A stretch of 64,000 bases of DNA from an uncultured delta proteobacterium (GTDB lineage Bacteria > Desulfobacterota > Desulfobaccia > Desulfobaccales > 0-14-0-80-60-11), in contig CAWETI010000003.1 of NCBI GenBank assembly GCA_963812015.1, positions 800,001 to 864,000 of the forward strand, read 5' to 3'. Shown here one piece after another: positions 51,587 to 61,747 of the stretch; positions within the stretch are counted from its first letter, which is position 1, and each line of letters starts with the position of its first letter. Made by a program: the position numbers and the translations under genes. The notes under the pieces are model-generated. The model worked only from the letters and a program-made list of their open reading frames with translations. It was not told the DNA's origin and made no database searches.

Positions 51587-52792
51587 ATGGGCACGAGAAC
51601 CTGGGTAGCGGTTGTGGTATGTATGTGCTTAGGGGCGGTCAATCTGGCGGTGGCCGCGGACTGGTCTGTGGTGCCGTCGGTGACCCAGAGATCTGAGTTT
51701 AACAGCAACCTGAATTTAGCGTATACCCACCCGGTCAGCGACTACATTTTTTCCTTTCAGCCAACCGTGGATTTCAATTACACCTCGGAAATCAGTCAGT
51801 TGCAGGGGCATATGGGTTTGCTCGGTCTGCATTACATCACCAATAGCAATCTCGACCACATTGACCAGAATTACCAGATCAATGGGAAATACCAGATAGC
51901 TCCCCGGGTCAATCTTATCCTGAACTCAGCCTATACCAGCGATACCACCCTGGCCCAGGAATTGCTGGCTTCCGGATTGGTTGCCAGCCGCAGCCCCCGT
52001 CAATCCTTCCAGGTAGGACCAGGGGTCACCTACAATCTGACGGAGAAGCTTTTGGGCACGGTGAACTATAATTTTAATCGGGTGATCTACCAATCTCCCC
52101 AGTACACCGATTATACCAGTCAACAAGCGGGGTTGAACTTCACCTATTTACTCAAAAATGAGAAGACCTCCCTGGTTAGCAATAATATCGTCCGGGATAC
52201 CCTCTACGCCGGGGGGAACGATTTCAAATCCTTAGGGCTTTATGGGGGAGTGACCCATAAGTTCACCGAAAGATGGGATGCTAGCCTGATGTCAGGGGCG
52301 AATATCTCCTTTTTCAGTACTGATACCGAGGCGCTGGGTTCGTCCCAGTTTAACAACTTTACTTATGTTAAGACGAAGGAGAATAAAAGTTCCAATGTGA
52401 CCCCATATGTGAATATCTCCACCACCTACCGTTGGACCAATCTATTGCTCAATGGCGGTTATAGCCGCGATCTCTCTCCTGGAGAGAATGGGGTCATATA
52501 TGAGTTTAACCGCTTATACCTCACCTGTGGATATAATATTACTGAGAGATTAAGTGGCACCTTGAACGGCAGTTATTCCCTGAGTGATCAAACTAGTCAG
52601 AATATCTCCAGCAAATATAATTACTATAACGTCGGCCCCCAGCTCTCCTATAAGATTACGGAAAAATTTTCCGTGTCCACAGGCTATAGTTATTCCGGAT
52701 CAGGCAATTTGGTCGCCCCCGGCGGCTCCGGTCATGTCCATCAGGCCTGGGTAGAATTCGCCTATGCCTACCCCCTGCATTATCAGAAGTGA
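51587..52792 (+). CDS. Outer membrane beta-barrel protein of the EPS export system
   Basis: Signal peptide, alternating aromatic beta-strand pattern, position between wza and wzc. Confidence 0.8.
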   Translation: MGTRTWVAVVVCMCLGAVNLAVAADWSVVPSVTQRSEFNSNLNLAYTHPVSDYIFSFQPTVDFNYTSEISQLQGHMGLLGLHYITNSNLDHIDQNYQINGKYQIAPRVNLILNSAYTSDTTLAQELLASGLVASRSPRQSFQVGPGVTYNLTEKLLGTVNYNFNRVIYQSPQYTDYTSQQAGLNFTYLLKNEKTSLVSNNIVRDTLYAGGNDFKSLGLYGGVTHKFTERWDASLMSGANISFFSTDTEALGSSQFNNFTYVKTKENKSSNVTPYVNISTTYRWTNLLLNGGYSRDLSPGENGVIYEFNRLYLTCGYNITERLSGTLNGSYSLSDQTSQNISSKYNYYNVGPQLSYKITEKFSVSTGYSYSGSGNLVAPGGSGHVHQAWVEFAYAYPLHYQK

Positions 52793-52967
52793 CAGGTTTT
52801 GCCCTTTGGGAGGCTATGATAAACCTAATAACGATCGAGAGGCGGAACTTACGTGAGTCTTTAGTAGCTAAAATGCCTTCCTCGCAGTATCAATCGGAGT
52901 TAATCTAATCGGGGAATGAACGCAACGAACTCAAAGTGGATAATTCAATAGCCAAGAAGGCCAAGCT

Positions 52968-54677
52968 ATGATGCCCAATGAAACTGAAGATTTTAAATAC
53001 TATCTCACGGTTCTCAAAAGCCGTAAAAGTTACTTCATCGTTCCGGCCGTGGTGGTCATGGTGGTGGCTCTTTTGATCGCTCGGCTGCTACCGTCCATTT
53101 ATGAATCGACTTCCACCATCTTAATCGAGGAGCAGCAGATCCCCGAGGAATTTGTCAAATCTACGGTCACCGGCTTTGCGGATCAGCGTATCAAGACTTT
53201 AACTCAACTGATCCTCTCCCGGGTCAAGCTCGGGGAAATTATCCAGCAATTCAACCTCTACCCCGAACTCCAGGGAAAACTGACCCGGGAAGATATCGCC
53301 GAGATGATGCGGAAGGACATCAGGCTGGATACCATCAGCGCCGAGGTGACCCCGGAGCAACAGATAAAGCGCAAAAGTAGTGAGCCAGAGGTGACCATCG
53401 CCTTTTCCATCGCCTATCGCGGCAAAAATCCGGAGACGGTGCAGAAGGTGGCAGGCACCTTGGCCTCCCTTTATTTAGAACAGAATCTCAAGACCCGGGA
53501 AGCCCAGGCCCATTCCACCACTGTATTTTTGGAAGCGGAATTAAAGGAATTGCAGGACCGAGTTAAAGTCCTGGGAGATAAGATCACCGCCTTCAAAGAG
53601 ACGCATGAGGGGTTGCTCCCAGAACAACAGGAGTTTCACCGGCAGCAAACGGCCGGCCTGGAGATAGACCTCAAACAACTGGATGCGTCCATCCGGAGCG
53701 CGGCTGATCGCAAAAACTATATCGAGGGGCAACTGGCCAGTGTTAAGCCAGATAGCCCCCTCATTGGCACCACCGGCGAGCGGGTTATGGCACCGAGAGA
53801 CCGGCTCAAGGCCCTGGAAGTGCAACTGGCCGACCTCCAGTCCAAGTTTTCCGAAGAGCACCCGGATGTCCGCAAGGCCCGTCGGGAGATCGCCGAACTC
53901 AAGAAATTGGGGGGGCAAACTGGTGGCGACGCCGCCCTCCGCCGGCAAAAGCTCACCCAGCTTCAGGCGGAATTAGCCGAACAAAAGGGGAAATATTCCG
54001 ACCAGCACCCGGAAATTAAAAAGCTGAAAGCCGAGATCGTCCGCATGGAGGAAACCCCGGCAGCGGCAAGCCCCACTAGGCCGGTCACGGAACCGGAAAA
54101 TCCGGCGTACATCAGTCTCACCAGCCAAATCAAGGGCGCGGAGACGGAAATCGCCTCCCTCCGGACTCAGCAGGCCGGTTTGCGCGAGAAACTGCAGTTG
54201 TATAGAAAGCGCCTGGAAGAGGCTCCCAAGGTGGAGCAGGTTTACCTGGGGTTGATGCGGGATTATCAGAACGCCTCCACCAAGCAGCAGGAGGTCATGA
54301 ACAAGATCCTGGAGGCCCGCATCTCCGAAGGCATGGAAAAACATCAAAGAGGGGATAAGTTCACCCTCATCGAGCCCGCCAGTTTTCCCGAAAAACCGGT
54401 GTCCCCCAAACGGCGTTTAATCCTGCTGGCCGGGTTGATCATGAGCCTGGGGGCGGGTTTTGGGATGGTGGCTCTGGCGGAGCATTTGGACCACTCGGTG
54501 AAAACAAGTGACGAACTGGCCCGACTCACGGGCCTGCCGGTCCTGGGCTCCATCAGGCTAATTCAGACCAGGGAAGATATTCTCCAGGCCCAATGGAGAC
54601 GGCGCTTGCCCTGGGTGGTAATGGCCAAGTTCCTGGTCAGGTCCGATAAAACACCTGAGCCGCGAGTTAAGCCGTGA
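52968..54677 (+). CDS. Polysaccharide chain-length determinant (GumC/Wzc periplasmic part)
   Basis: Two TMs, coiled coil, two F/YS..HP repeats, P..PVSP motif. Confidence 0.9.
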   Translation: MMPNETEDFKYYLTVLKSRKSYFIVPAVVVMVVALLIARLLPSIYESTSTILIEEQQIPEEFVKSTVTGFADQRIKTLTQLILSRVKLGEIIQQFNLYPELQGKLTREDIAEMMRKDIRLDTISAEVTPEQQIKRKSSEPEVTIAFSIAYRGKNPETVQKVAGTLASLYLEQNLKTREAQAHSTTVFLEAELKELQDRVKVLGDKITAFKETHEGLLPEQQEFHRQQTAGLEIDLKQLDASIRSAADRKNYIEGQLASVKPDSPLIGTTGERVMAPRDRLKALEVQLADLQSKFSEEHPDVRKARREIAELKKLGGQTGGDAALRRQKLTQLQAELAEQKGKYSDQHPEIKKLKAEIVRMEETPAAASPTRPVTEPENPAYISLTSQIKGAETEIASLRTQQAGLREKLQLYRKRLEEAPKVEQVYLGLMRDYQNASTKQQEVMNKILEARISEGMEKHQRGDKFTLIEPASFPEKPVSPKRRLILLAGLIMSLGAGFGMVALAEHLDHSVKTSDELARLTGLPVLGSIRLIQTREDILQAQWRRRLPWVVMAKFLVRSDKTPEPRVKP

Positions 54678-54727
54678 ACCCGGCTGATGCTTGATTTAAC
54701 CAATTATCCCAAAAGGACGCCAACCTA

Positions 54728-55627
54728 TTGAGTTTCATCACTAAAGCCATAGCAAAAGCCAAAGCCGCGAGGCCGCCCAAGGTGCAGCCGGCCTCCTCTC
54801 CCCGTTCAACCCCATTCCAGGAGCCGGAGGTGGAGGTGACGACTGGCTTTGTGGAGACTCCCGGGGAGATCCACTACACCCACACTCGCACGGTGGCGGT
54901 AGATATGGAGAAGCTTCGTCGACAGCGCTTGATGGTGGCCGGCAGTGATGAGAGCCTGGGGGAAGCCTATAAGCTGCTCCGGACCCAAGTTTTGTCCCGC
55001 ACCAAGCCCGAGGGCCGGAACACCTTGATGGTTACCGGCCCCCTGCCCAACGAAGGCAAAACCCTCACCAGCATCAATCTGGCCATCGCCATTTCCAAGA
55101 AAATCGGTCAGACGGTGCTCTTGGTAGATGGGGACCTGCGCATCCCCTCCATCCACCGCTGCCTGGATCTGCCCGCGGGACCGGGGCTGGTGGATTATTT
55201 AACCTCGGGCTATCCAATTGCCGACTCCCTGGTGCACCCCGAGGGTCTGGCCAATCTGGTGGTGCTTCCCGCGGGCAACATCACCAGGCAATCCCACGAA
55301 CTCCTCAGTTCCCCAGTCATGGTGGATCTGGTGCGGGAATTGAAGCATTTTTATCCCGACCGTTACGTGCTCTTTGATTTGCCCCCCTTAGTCTATGCAG
55401 ACCCCCTGGCCTTTGCCCCCCTGATGGACGGCATTATTCTGGTAGCCGCGGCCGGCAGCACCCCTAAGGAGGAAATCACCCGGTCTTTAGCGATGCTCAA
55501 AGAGTTTCCGGTTCTGGGGTTTGTGCTGAATAAGGTAGACTCCACGGTATCGTCAAGATATTATTATGAGAAGTATTATCCGGAGCGAGACTCTGAGCGT
55601 AAATTTAAACTGCCCTGGCGCAAGTAA
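54728..55627 (+). CDS. CpsD/CapB family tyrosine-protein kinase
   Basis: EGKT, VDGDLR.P, FDLPP and C-terminal YYY cluster. Confidence 0.92.
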   Translation: MSFITKAIAKAKAARPPKVQPASSPRSTPFQEPEVEVTTGFVETPGEIHYTHTRTVAVDMEKLRRQRLMVAGSDESLGEAYKLLRTQVLSRTKPEGRNTLMVTGPLPNEGKTLTSINLAIAISKKIGQTVLLVDGDLRIPSIHRCLDLPAGPGLVDYLTSGYPIADSLVHPEGLANLVVLPAGNITRQSHELLSSPVMVDLVRELKHFYPDRYVLFDLPPLVYADPLAFAPLMDGIILVAAAGSTPKEEITRSLAMLKEFPVLGFVLNKVDSTVSSRYYYEKYYPERDSERKFKLPWRK

Positions 55628-55630
55628 GCT

Positions 55631-56770
55631 ATGTACGAAGATTTTTACGGGCTAAAAGAACGCCCCTTTACCCTGGTGCCAGACCCGGATTATTTGTTTC
55701 TGGCATCCCAGCACAAGTTGGCCCGGGCCTACCTGGAATACGGCATCAAAGAGCGGGTGGGGTTTGTGGTGCTCACCGGAGAGGTAGGTACCGGCAAGAC
55801 CACTTTGATAAAATGTCTCTTACGAGAAAAAGAAGCCACCCAGCGTCTGGGCGTCCTCTATCAGACTTCCGTGGAAGCTGAAGATCTCCTGGATCTGCTG
55901 CTCAAAGAATTTCAAATTCGTGGCCATTTTGGTGGCAGTCGGGCGGCCCGTCTCGGGGCGTTTAATCAGTTCCTGATATCGGCCTATGGCCGGGGCGAAC
56001 ACGTGGTGCTGGTGGTGGATGAGGCCCAGAACCTGGGCCCCAAAGCCTTGGAGGAATTGCGGTTGTTATCCAACCTCCAAACCGATAAGGAACCGCTCTT
56101 ACAGGTAATCTTGGTAGGGCAACCCGGACTGAGGGCGCGGTTGCGGCACCCGGCCCTCCGGCAATTGGCCCAGCGGGTAACTATACACTACCATTTAAGA
56201 CCCCTGGACCATGATGAAACCAAGGAATATATACGTTTCCGCCTGGCCCGGGCCGGCGGCAGCGGGATTTTTACCACCTCGGCTTTAGATAAACTCTATG
56301 AATATACCCAGGGGGTTCCCCGGCGGATAAATGCCTGGTGTGACTTGGCCCTGGTGGCTGGCTTCGCTGAGGGCCGGTATGAGATAGACGCAGAATTTAT
56401 CGATCTCGTCATTGCGGCCCAAGGGGGGAGCTTGGAAGGCGTCGAGGGTGAAGAGTCCTCAATTTCTGAAGACCAGGGGCCCTTGCCGGATTCCTTGGGC
56501 AGCCGCCTTCAAACCTCTGACAACGGCCTGGAGGTAGCGTTGCAAGAGTTGTCGGCTAGATTGACCCGGTTGGAGGGAATAGTGCTGGAAATGACCAGCC
56601 AATTGGTTCCAGTCCTGGCGAATTACCTATCAAAACAGTCAGTTGAATCAGCGAGCCCATCAGTATGCCTTCCTATCCCGGACACTTCCATTAGGGTAGA
56701 CTCACCCGACTTGGAGAATCCGCCACGCCCGCAGAAAAGTCGCTGGTCCAGATTTTGGAATCATGGCTAA
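55631..56770 (+). CDS. ExeA-like AAA ATPase (exosortase/PEP-CTERM associated)
   Basis: MY..FYGL..RPF...PDP, GEVGTGKTT, DEAQNL and G.PRRIN. Confidence 0.9.
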   Translation: MYEDFYGLKERPFTLVPDPDYLFLASQHKLARAYLEYGIKERVGFVVLTGEVGTGKTTLIKCLLREKEATQRLGVLYQTSVEAEDLLDLLLKEFQIRGHFGGSRAARLGAFNQFLISAYGRGEHVVLVVDEAQNLGPKALEELRLLSNLQTDKEPLLQVILVGQPGLRARLRHPALRQLAQRVTIHYHLRPLDHDETKEYIRFRLARAGGSGIFTTSALDKLYEYTQGVPRRINAWCDLALVAGFAEGRYEIDAEFIDLVIAAQGGSLEGVEGEESSISEDQGPLPDSLGSRLQTSDNGLEVALQELSARLTRLEGIVLEMTSQLVPVLANYLSKQSVESASPSVCLPIPDTSIRVDSPDLENPPRPQKSRWSRFWNHG

Positions 56771-56951
56771 CCTGTGGGACCGCATTCTAGGCCAAATGAA
56801 AGACTGTATTGATGAAATTTATGGTCGCCATGAATAAATTATAAGGTTATCCGGCTTCCTTCTATTATTATCGCCCTCTGGCAGCTTGGTGGGGCGCCTG
56901 CCAGCCAATATCGGATGATTAAGTCCAATAAAGAGGTGTTAATACCATGGT

Positions 56952-57358
56952 CTGAACTTCAAGAATAACTCACGACTGATAACGGTCATATTCAGCATCG
57001 CCCTGGTAGTCGCTCTATTTTGGGCCTACTGGCCGGTATTAAATAATTTGACAAGTGCGCTTCTAAGGGATGAGGATAACTCCTTCGGGCTGTTACTGCC
57101 TGTAGTGGGTGGCTACAGCGTCTATCTTAAATGGCCGCAAATTAATCGTACATCAGGGCAACCGACCTGGATGGGGTTATTTGTTATAACCATAGAAATG
57201 CTCCTTTATATTTTCGGTGAATTGTCCACCGATATTTATACCCCTGCCTAATCCTTTGTGGTGTCGCTCGGCGGCATAGTGTTTCTGTTAGGGGGCCGGA
57301 AACTCGTCCGTCTCTTAGGGTTTATAGTCCCCGTGCTCCCCCAGTTCATCAAAAAGTA
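56952..57358 (+). pseudogene. Exosortase N-terminal remnant
   Basis: WAYWPVL..L...DEDNSFGLLLP.V..Y; in-frame TAA at 57249; truncated. Confidence 0.65.
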
Positions 57359-57486
57359 ATTATAGATACCGTTAGCTTTAACGTTATGTAGGTGCGAGGT
57401 TTGCAGTATTTGTCAAATTCGGAAAAAGGAAGCAGAAATGCTAAGCACTCTATGAACTATTGGAAAATGTTGAGGGCCCTGACTAT

Positions 57487-59268
57487 ATGAAAGGTTTGGT
57501 GACATTACTACGGATTAAGCTATTATTGATAGTTGTCCTATGCTGTTTGGAGTGCACGGTTTATGGAAGTGAGCTACGCACGCAGGTCCTTTCTCCGATG
57601 CAGCGGGTTTTCTACTCTACGCCGGTGGTTGAAGAAAACGATCAGAAGATCGAACTGTGGGCCGCGCGGAATGAAGATGAATCTACCCAAGTAGCTTTAT
57701 TTTCAGAGCAAGCGATAACAGTCGAAAAAGTCGAAGCTACTGATTTACTCAATGGGGCAAGCGGCAAAGTTTTAGCAGCGAGCAATTTTTCTTACCGTTT
57801 CCCGGCATATGTTTTCGTGGAAAAACACACTGGGCAGACCCCTGATTCGGAGTTGGATGGGAAGGCACCTGGGTGGTTTCCGGATCCTTTCGAGGAAGGT
57901 CAGAGACTATCTTTTAGCGGTACCCGCTCCTTGTACGGCACCTGGTATGTGCCACCGGACACGCCACCAGGGAACTATAGGGGTGCACTGGTAATCTACC
58001 ACAGTTCCGGCAGGCGCCGATTGCCGGTGCTGTTGCAGGTGTGGAATTTCACCCTGCCCACAAGACCTTCTCTATATGTCACCAACTGGTTGTATATTTC
58101 AGCAATTGAATCTAATTATCAGGTTAAACGGGGAACCGGAGAGTTTTGGCGGGTTATTGAAAAGATTGCTCAGGACATGGCGGCGCACCGGCAGAGCGTC
58201 ATATATACGCAGCTTAATCTGATCCGTTCCACGCAAATGCCGGACGGCAGCTACAATTTTGATTTCCGCGATTATGAGCACTGGGTGAATATCTTTCTAA
58301 GCCAGGGCTTTCAGGCGTTTGAGGGGTCGCACCTTTTCCCTGGAATTGTGGATTCATTCAATATTCAGCGTTTCATTGGATCTGGAACAGTCGAATTCGG
58401 TGAAACACAACTCGCAACTCCGGAGGGCCAGCAGTATCTGATAAAACTATTGCAGGCTTTGCACCGCGAAAACCAGAAACTGGGCATACAAGACAAATAC
58501 TTGCAACACATTCGCGATGAGGCAGGTGCTAAAGATATACCGCTTTATCGCCAGATTGCCGCCATAGTCCGAACCACCATGCCGGGAATTCCCATTATTG
58601 ACGCCACGGAACTCCCGGCAGACAAACGTTCAGGCATGATGGATATTCCGGTCACAAAGCTGGGAAAGCCGCTCAGCAACCCAAACGAAGAGGGGATGGG
58701 AGGTGCAGATAGGAAGTGGGGCAAGTGGTGGTATACCTCGAATAACGTTACGGGTCGGTTTCTCAATCGTTTCATCGATTATCCTTTAGTGAAAATGCGC
58801 CTGATTCCCTGGTTATCGTGGCGCACCGGCATGTCCGGCTATTTGCATTATGGTTATAATTGTTGGGATGGCCCGGAAAAATCGCCTTGGGAGCATGTCG
58901 GTCGGGGCGGCAATAATCCGCCGGGGGACCCATTTGTGGTCTACCCGCCTCGCGCCAACCGAACCGGCGGCCCCGTCTCCTCGCTGCGCTGGGAAGCCTT
59001 CCGCGACGGGATGCAGGATTATGAGTATTTGAATTTGCTGGAGCGATGGGTGAAACAACTGCCACAGATTAAAGCGAAGGGTGATAATGCTTTATGCAAA
59101 GGGGTACGAGAACAGGCGGAAAAGGTACTTCAAGAAATCAGAACAGTCATGGCAAGTCCGGAAGAATATTTCAGAGACCCACGGGCAGTGGAAAGTCTGA
59201 GGAGACGCATAGGAGAAGTGCTCGATAAGATAGCCAGTTGCATGGGCGGCGACATGTCAAGGCCATGA
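57487..59268 (+). CDS. DUF4091 / glycoside-hydrolase-like exported protein
   Basis: ARNE.ES.Q, W.FTLP, DE, WWY, GYLH.GYN.W, PPGD..VVYP and S.RWE..RDG.QDYEYL. Confidence 0.82.
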   Translation: MKGLVTLLRIKLLLIVVLCCLECTVYGSELRTQVLSPMQRVFYSTPVVEENDQKIELWAARNEDESTQVALFSEQAITVEKVEATDLLNGASGKVLAASNFSYRFPAYVFVEKHTGQTPDSELDGKAPGWFPDPFEEGQRLSFSGTRSLYGTWYVPPDTPPGNYRGALVIYHSSGRRRLPVLLQVWNFTLPTRPSLYVTNWLYISAIESNYQVKRGTGEFWRVIEKIAQDMAAHRQSVIYTQLNLIRSTQMPDGSYNFDFRDYEHWVNIFLSQGFQAFEGSHLFPGIVDSFNIQRFIGSGTVEFGETQLATPEGQQYLIKLLQALHRENQKLGIQDKYLQHIRDEAGAKDIPLYRQIAAIVRTTMPGIPIIDATELPADKRSGMMDIPVTKLGKPLSNPNEEGMGGADRKWGKWWYTSNNVTGRFLNRFIDYPLVKMRLIPWLSWRTGMSGYLHYGYNCWDGPEKSPWEHVGRGGNNPPGDPFVVYPPRANRTGGPVSSLRWEAFRDGMQDYEYLNLLERWVKQLPQIKAKGDNALCKGVREQAEKVLQEIRTVMASPEEYFRDPRAVESLRRRIGEVLDKIASCMGGDMSRP

Positions 59269-60677
59269 GCGAAGCCCGACGTGTTGGCCTAAACACCATC
59301 TTCAATACCATCGGCGGGGTATCGGTCCAGTTATTAACTCTCGTCACCGGTGTTTTCGTGGCCCGCCATTTTGGCGCGGAGAGTTTCGGACAGCTCACCC
59401 TGGCGGCTACGATCACGGGGTATTTTACCCTGGTGACCGAATTTGGCCTGTCGACTATAGCCATCCAGGTGGTGGCGCGCACCGATGAGCCGGAGCGCTA
59501 CATCTGTTCTTATCTGGTTGCCAGACTTTGTCTGTCTCTGCTGGCACTGATCGTACTGGCCGGGATCATGCTCATGGTTCCATTTCCCCGTGATATCATC
59601 TGGCTCTTATTGGCTTATGCCGCCACGATTCCCTTGCAGATACTGAAACTGAACTGGGTGTTTTATGCCCGGCAGCAGATGGGTCAAGATAATGTGCTTC
59701 AGGTCACCGAAAAGGTGGCCTATGCGATCTGCCTGTTCGGCCTGGTGTTTGTGGTCAAATGGATAATTATAGTGCCGGTGGCCATGGTCCTCAGCACCTT
59801 ATTCGTGGGGGCCTTGGGCTGGGCCATGTTTCTACGCCAGGCTGAACAGCCAGTGGTCTGGAGACTGGACCGCGGTTTCATTCGGGAAATTATCACCCAA
59901 GGCTGGCCGGTGGGGGTGGGGGGGGCGGCGCTGCGAGTAAACACCAATGCGGATTCTCTGTTTGTCAACGCCTATCACGGCGACCTGCAAACGGGTCTCT
60001 ATGGTGCGGCCTACCGGCTGATCAACGCCATGATCACGGCAGGGACGTTTTTTACCAATGCAGTCTTCCCATTATGCTGCAAGCGCTACCATGAATCGGT
60101 CCCAGCGCTGGCTGATTTCATTGGCTATGCCTCGAAGCTGCTGCTGCTGGTCACGGTGCCGGGCGTCATGCTGTTGAGCGTGATGAGCGAGGAAATCATA
60201 GGACTGGTCTTCGGCCCAGGCTATGCCGAGGCGGCGCTGCCCTTTCGCCTGCTGGTCTGGGCCGCGGGCCTGGCCATCATTTGCCGGCTCTACCATAACA
60301 CCCTGGTGGCCTGCGACCGCCAGCAGAGCTACATGAAAATCATCCTGTCCTCGGCGGTCTTCAATATCATCTGTAATTTCCTGCTGATTCCCCCTTATGG
60401 CATGGTGGGGGCGGCCGTGGCCACTGTCCTGACAGAGCTGCTATTTCTGGTGCTGGCCTATGCTGTCCTGTCCCGAGTTTTCCATTTCCGGATATGGTCC
60501 ACCATCGGCTCTGTAGGCGGATGTGCCGGGTTAGCGTCAGCCGCTTTCCTACTACCCCTGCCCCTGTTCACCAAGCCGCCCCTGTTCCTGGCGGCGTACC
60601 TCCTCGCCATCTTCGTCTTCCGGGTGTGGGGAGCGCGGGAATGGCAGTTAGTACAGGTCATGTTGGGGAAGGCCTGA
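59265..60677 (+). CDS. Wzx-type flippase
   Basis: Many TMs, G.Y.AAYRL and N.LLIP.YG..GAA.AT..TE. Confidence 0.92.
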   Translation: MSEARRVGLNTIFNTIGGVSVQLLTLVTGVFVARHFGAESFGQLTLAATITGYFTLVTEFGLSTIAIQVVARTDEPERYICSYLVARLCLSLLALIVLAGIMLMVPFPRDIIWLLLAYAATIPLQILKLNWVFYARQQMGQDNVLQVTEKVAYAICLFGLVFVVKWIIIVPVAMVLSTLFVGALGWAMFLRQAEQPVVWRLDRGFIREIITQGWPVGVGGAALRVNTNADSLFVNAYHGDLQTGLYGAAYRLINAMITAGTFFTNAVFPLCCKRYHESVPALADFIGYASKLLLLVTVPGVMLLSVMSEEIIGLVFGPGYAEAALPFRLLVWAAGLAIICRLYHNTLVACDRQQSYMKIILSSAVFNIICNFLLIPPYGMVGAAVATVLTELLFLVLAYAVLSRVFHFRIWSTIGSVGGCAGLASAAFLLPLPLFTKPPLFLAAYLLAIFVFRVWGAREWQLVQVMLGKA

Positions 60678-60799
60678 TCAGGGTATAATCTTACAAGAAG
60701 AGAGATGGTTTAGAGGATTGGACTTGCAAAAAAGGTCACAAATACCATTATGGAACAATAGCAAAGTGAAACTGCCGCATAATCTCTCGGAGAAGAATA

Positions 60800-61651
60800 A
60801 TGAAAAAAGATTATAAGAATATTTATAGCAACAGACTTCTTTCTGCAGGCTATCCAGACTTAGAAAAGCTGGCGGTTGAGTACAAGACCGCAGAGGGGTC
60901 ACATTCTGGGGCCGCAGAGGAATCGCATGTTAATATTAACCAGCTAATGCGATGCCTCGAAAAATTGGTAGATATTTCCCAAGGTTTACGAACAGTTCTC
61001 GTCATCGGCTGCGGTCCGATTCCTTGGACAATTAAGACAATGCTTGATCGTGGTTATGAGGTAGTGGGCATAGAACCCGTGGCGATGAGTGCTGCCGCGG
61101 CCAGAGAGTTTCTCGGTGATCCATCCCGTATTTGTCAAGCCGGTGCGGAATCCCTACCCTTCGATTCCGGATCGCAAAGATTTGTCTTGATGGAAGGCGT
61201 ACTGGAACATGTTGATTCACCAATCCTGAGCCTATCAGAAGCATATCGAGTGTTGACGCCCGGGGGGGTGCTGTATGTGGGCACTACCAATAAGCTGCAA
61301 TTCTCCATAACCGGCAGAAGCTGGGAATATAACGTCAAGTTTTACAACTGGCTCCCCGATCTTGTTAAGGAATGTTATATACATCAACATTTACATTATG
61401 ATCCAACCCTGGCCAATTACTCCGTAAGGCCAGCAGTCCACTGGTTTACATTTGCCGGTTTGTGTAAACTTGGCAGACAGGTAGGATTTGCAAAATTCTA
61501 TTCTAGAATTGACCTAATTGATGCATCCAGTAGGAGCAAGAGCGCAATAAAACGATGGATCTTCGATAAGGCTAAATACAATCCATGGCTCAGGGCAATG
61601 GCTTTGACGCAAATCGAAGGCATCATATTCATGGTGAAGAGAGCGGAATAA
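60800..61651 (+). CDS. Class I SAM-dependent methyltransferase
   Basis: IGCGP, AESLPF, VLEHV and RVL.PGG. Confidence 0.88.
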   Translation: MKKDYKNIYSNRLLSAGYPDLEKLAVEYKTAEGSHSGAAEESHVNINQLMRCLEKLVDISQGLRTVLVIGCGPIPWTIKTMLDRGYEVVGIEPVAMSAAAAREFLGDPSRICQAGAESLPFDSGSQRFVLMEGVLEHVDSPILSLSEAYRVLTPGGVLYVGTTNKLQFSITGRSWEYNVKFYNWLPDLVKECYIHQHLHYDPTLANYSVRPAVHWFTFAGLCKLGRQVGFAKFYSRIDLIDASSRSKSAIKRWIFDKAKYNPWLRAMALTQIEGIIFMVKRAE

Positions 61652-61662
61652 TTTTTTCCCCC

Positions 61663-61727
61663 TCGTCTTCCAGGTGTGGGGAAGGCGCGAATGGCAATTA
61701 GTGCGGGTCATGAGAGGAAAGGCTTGC
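61663..61727 (+). repeat. Diverged duplicate of the flippase 3' end (60613-60677)
   Basis: Ungapped 52/65 identity by hand alignment. Confidence 0.85.
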
Positions 61728-61747
61728 TTTGCCATGATGAGTCAGCG

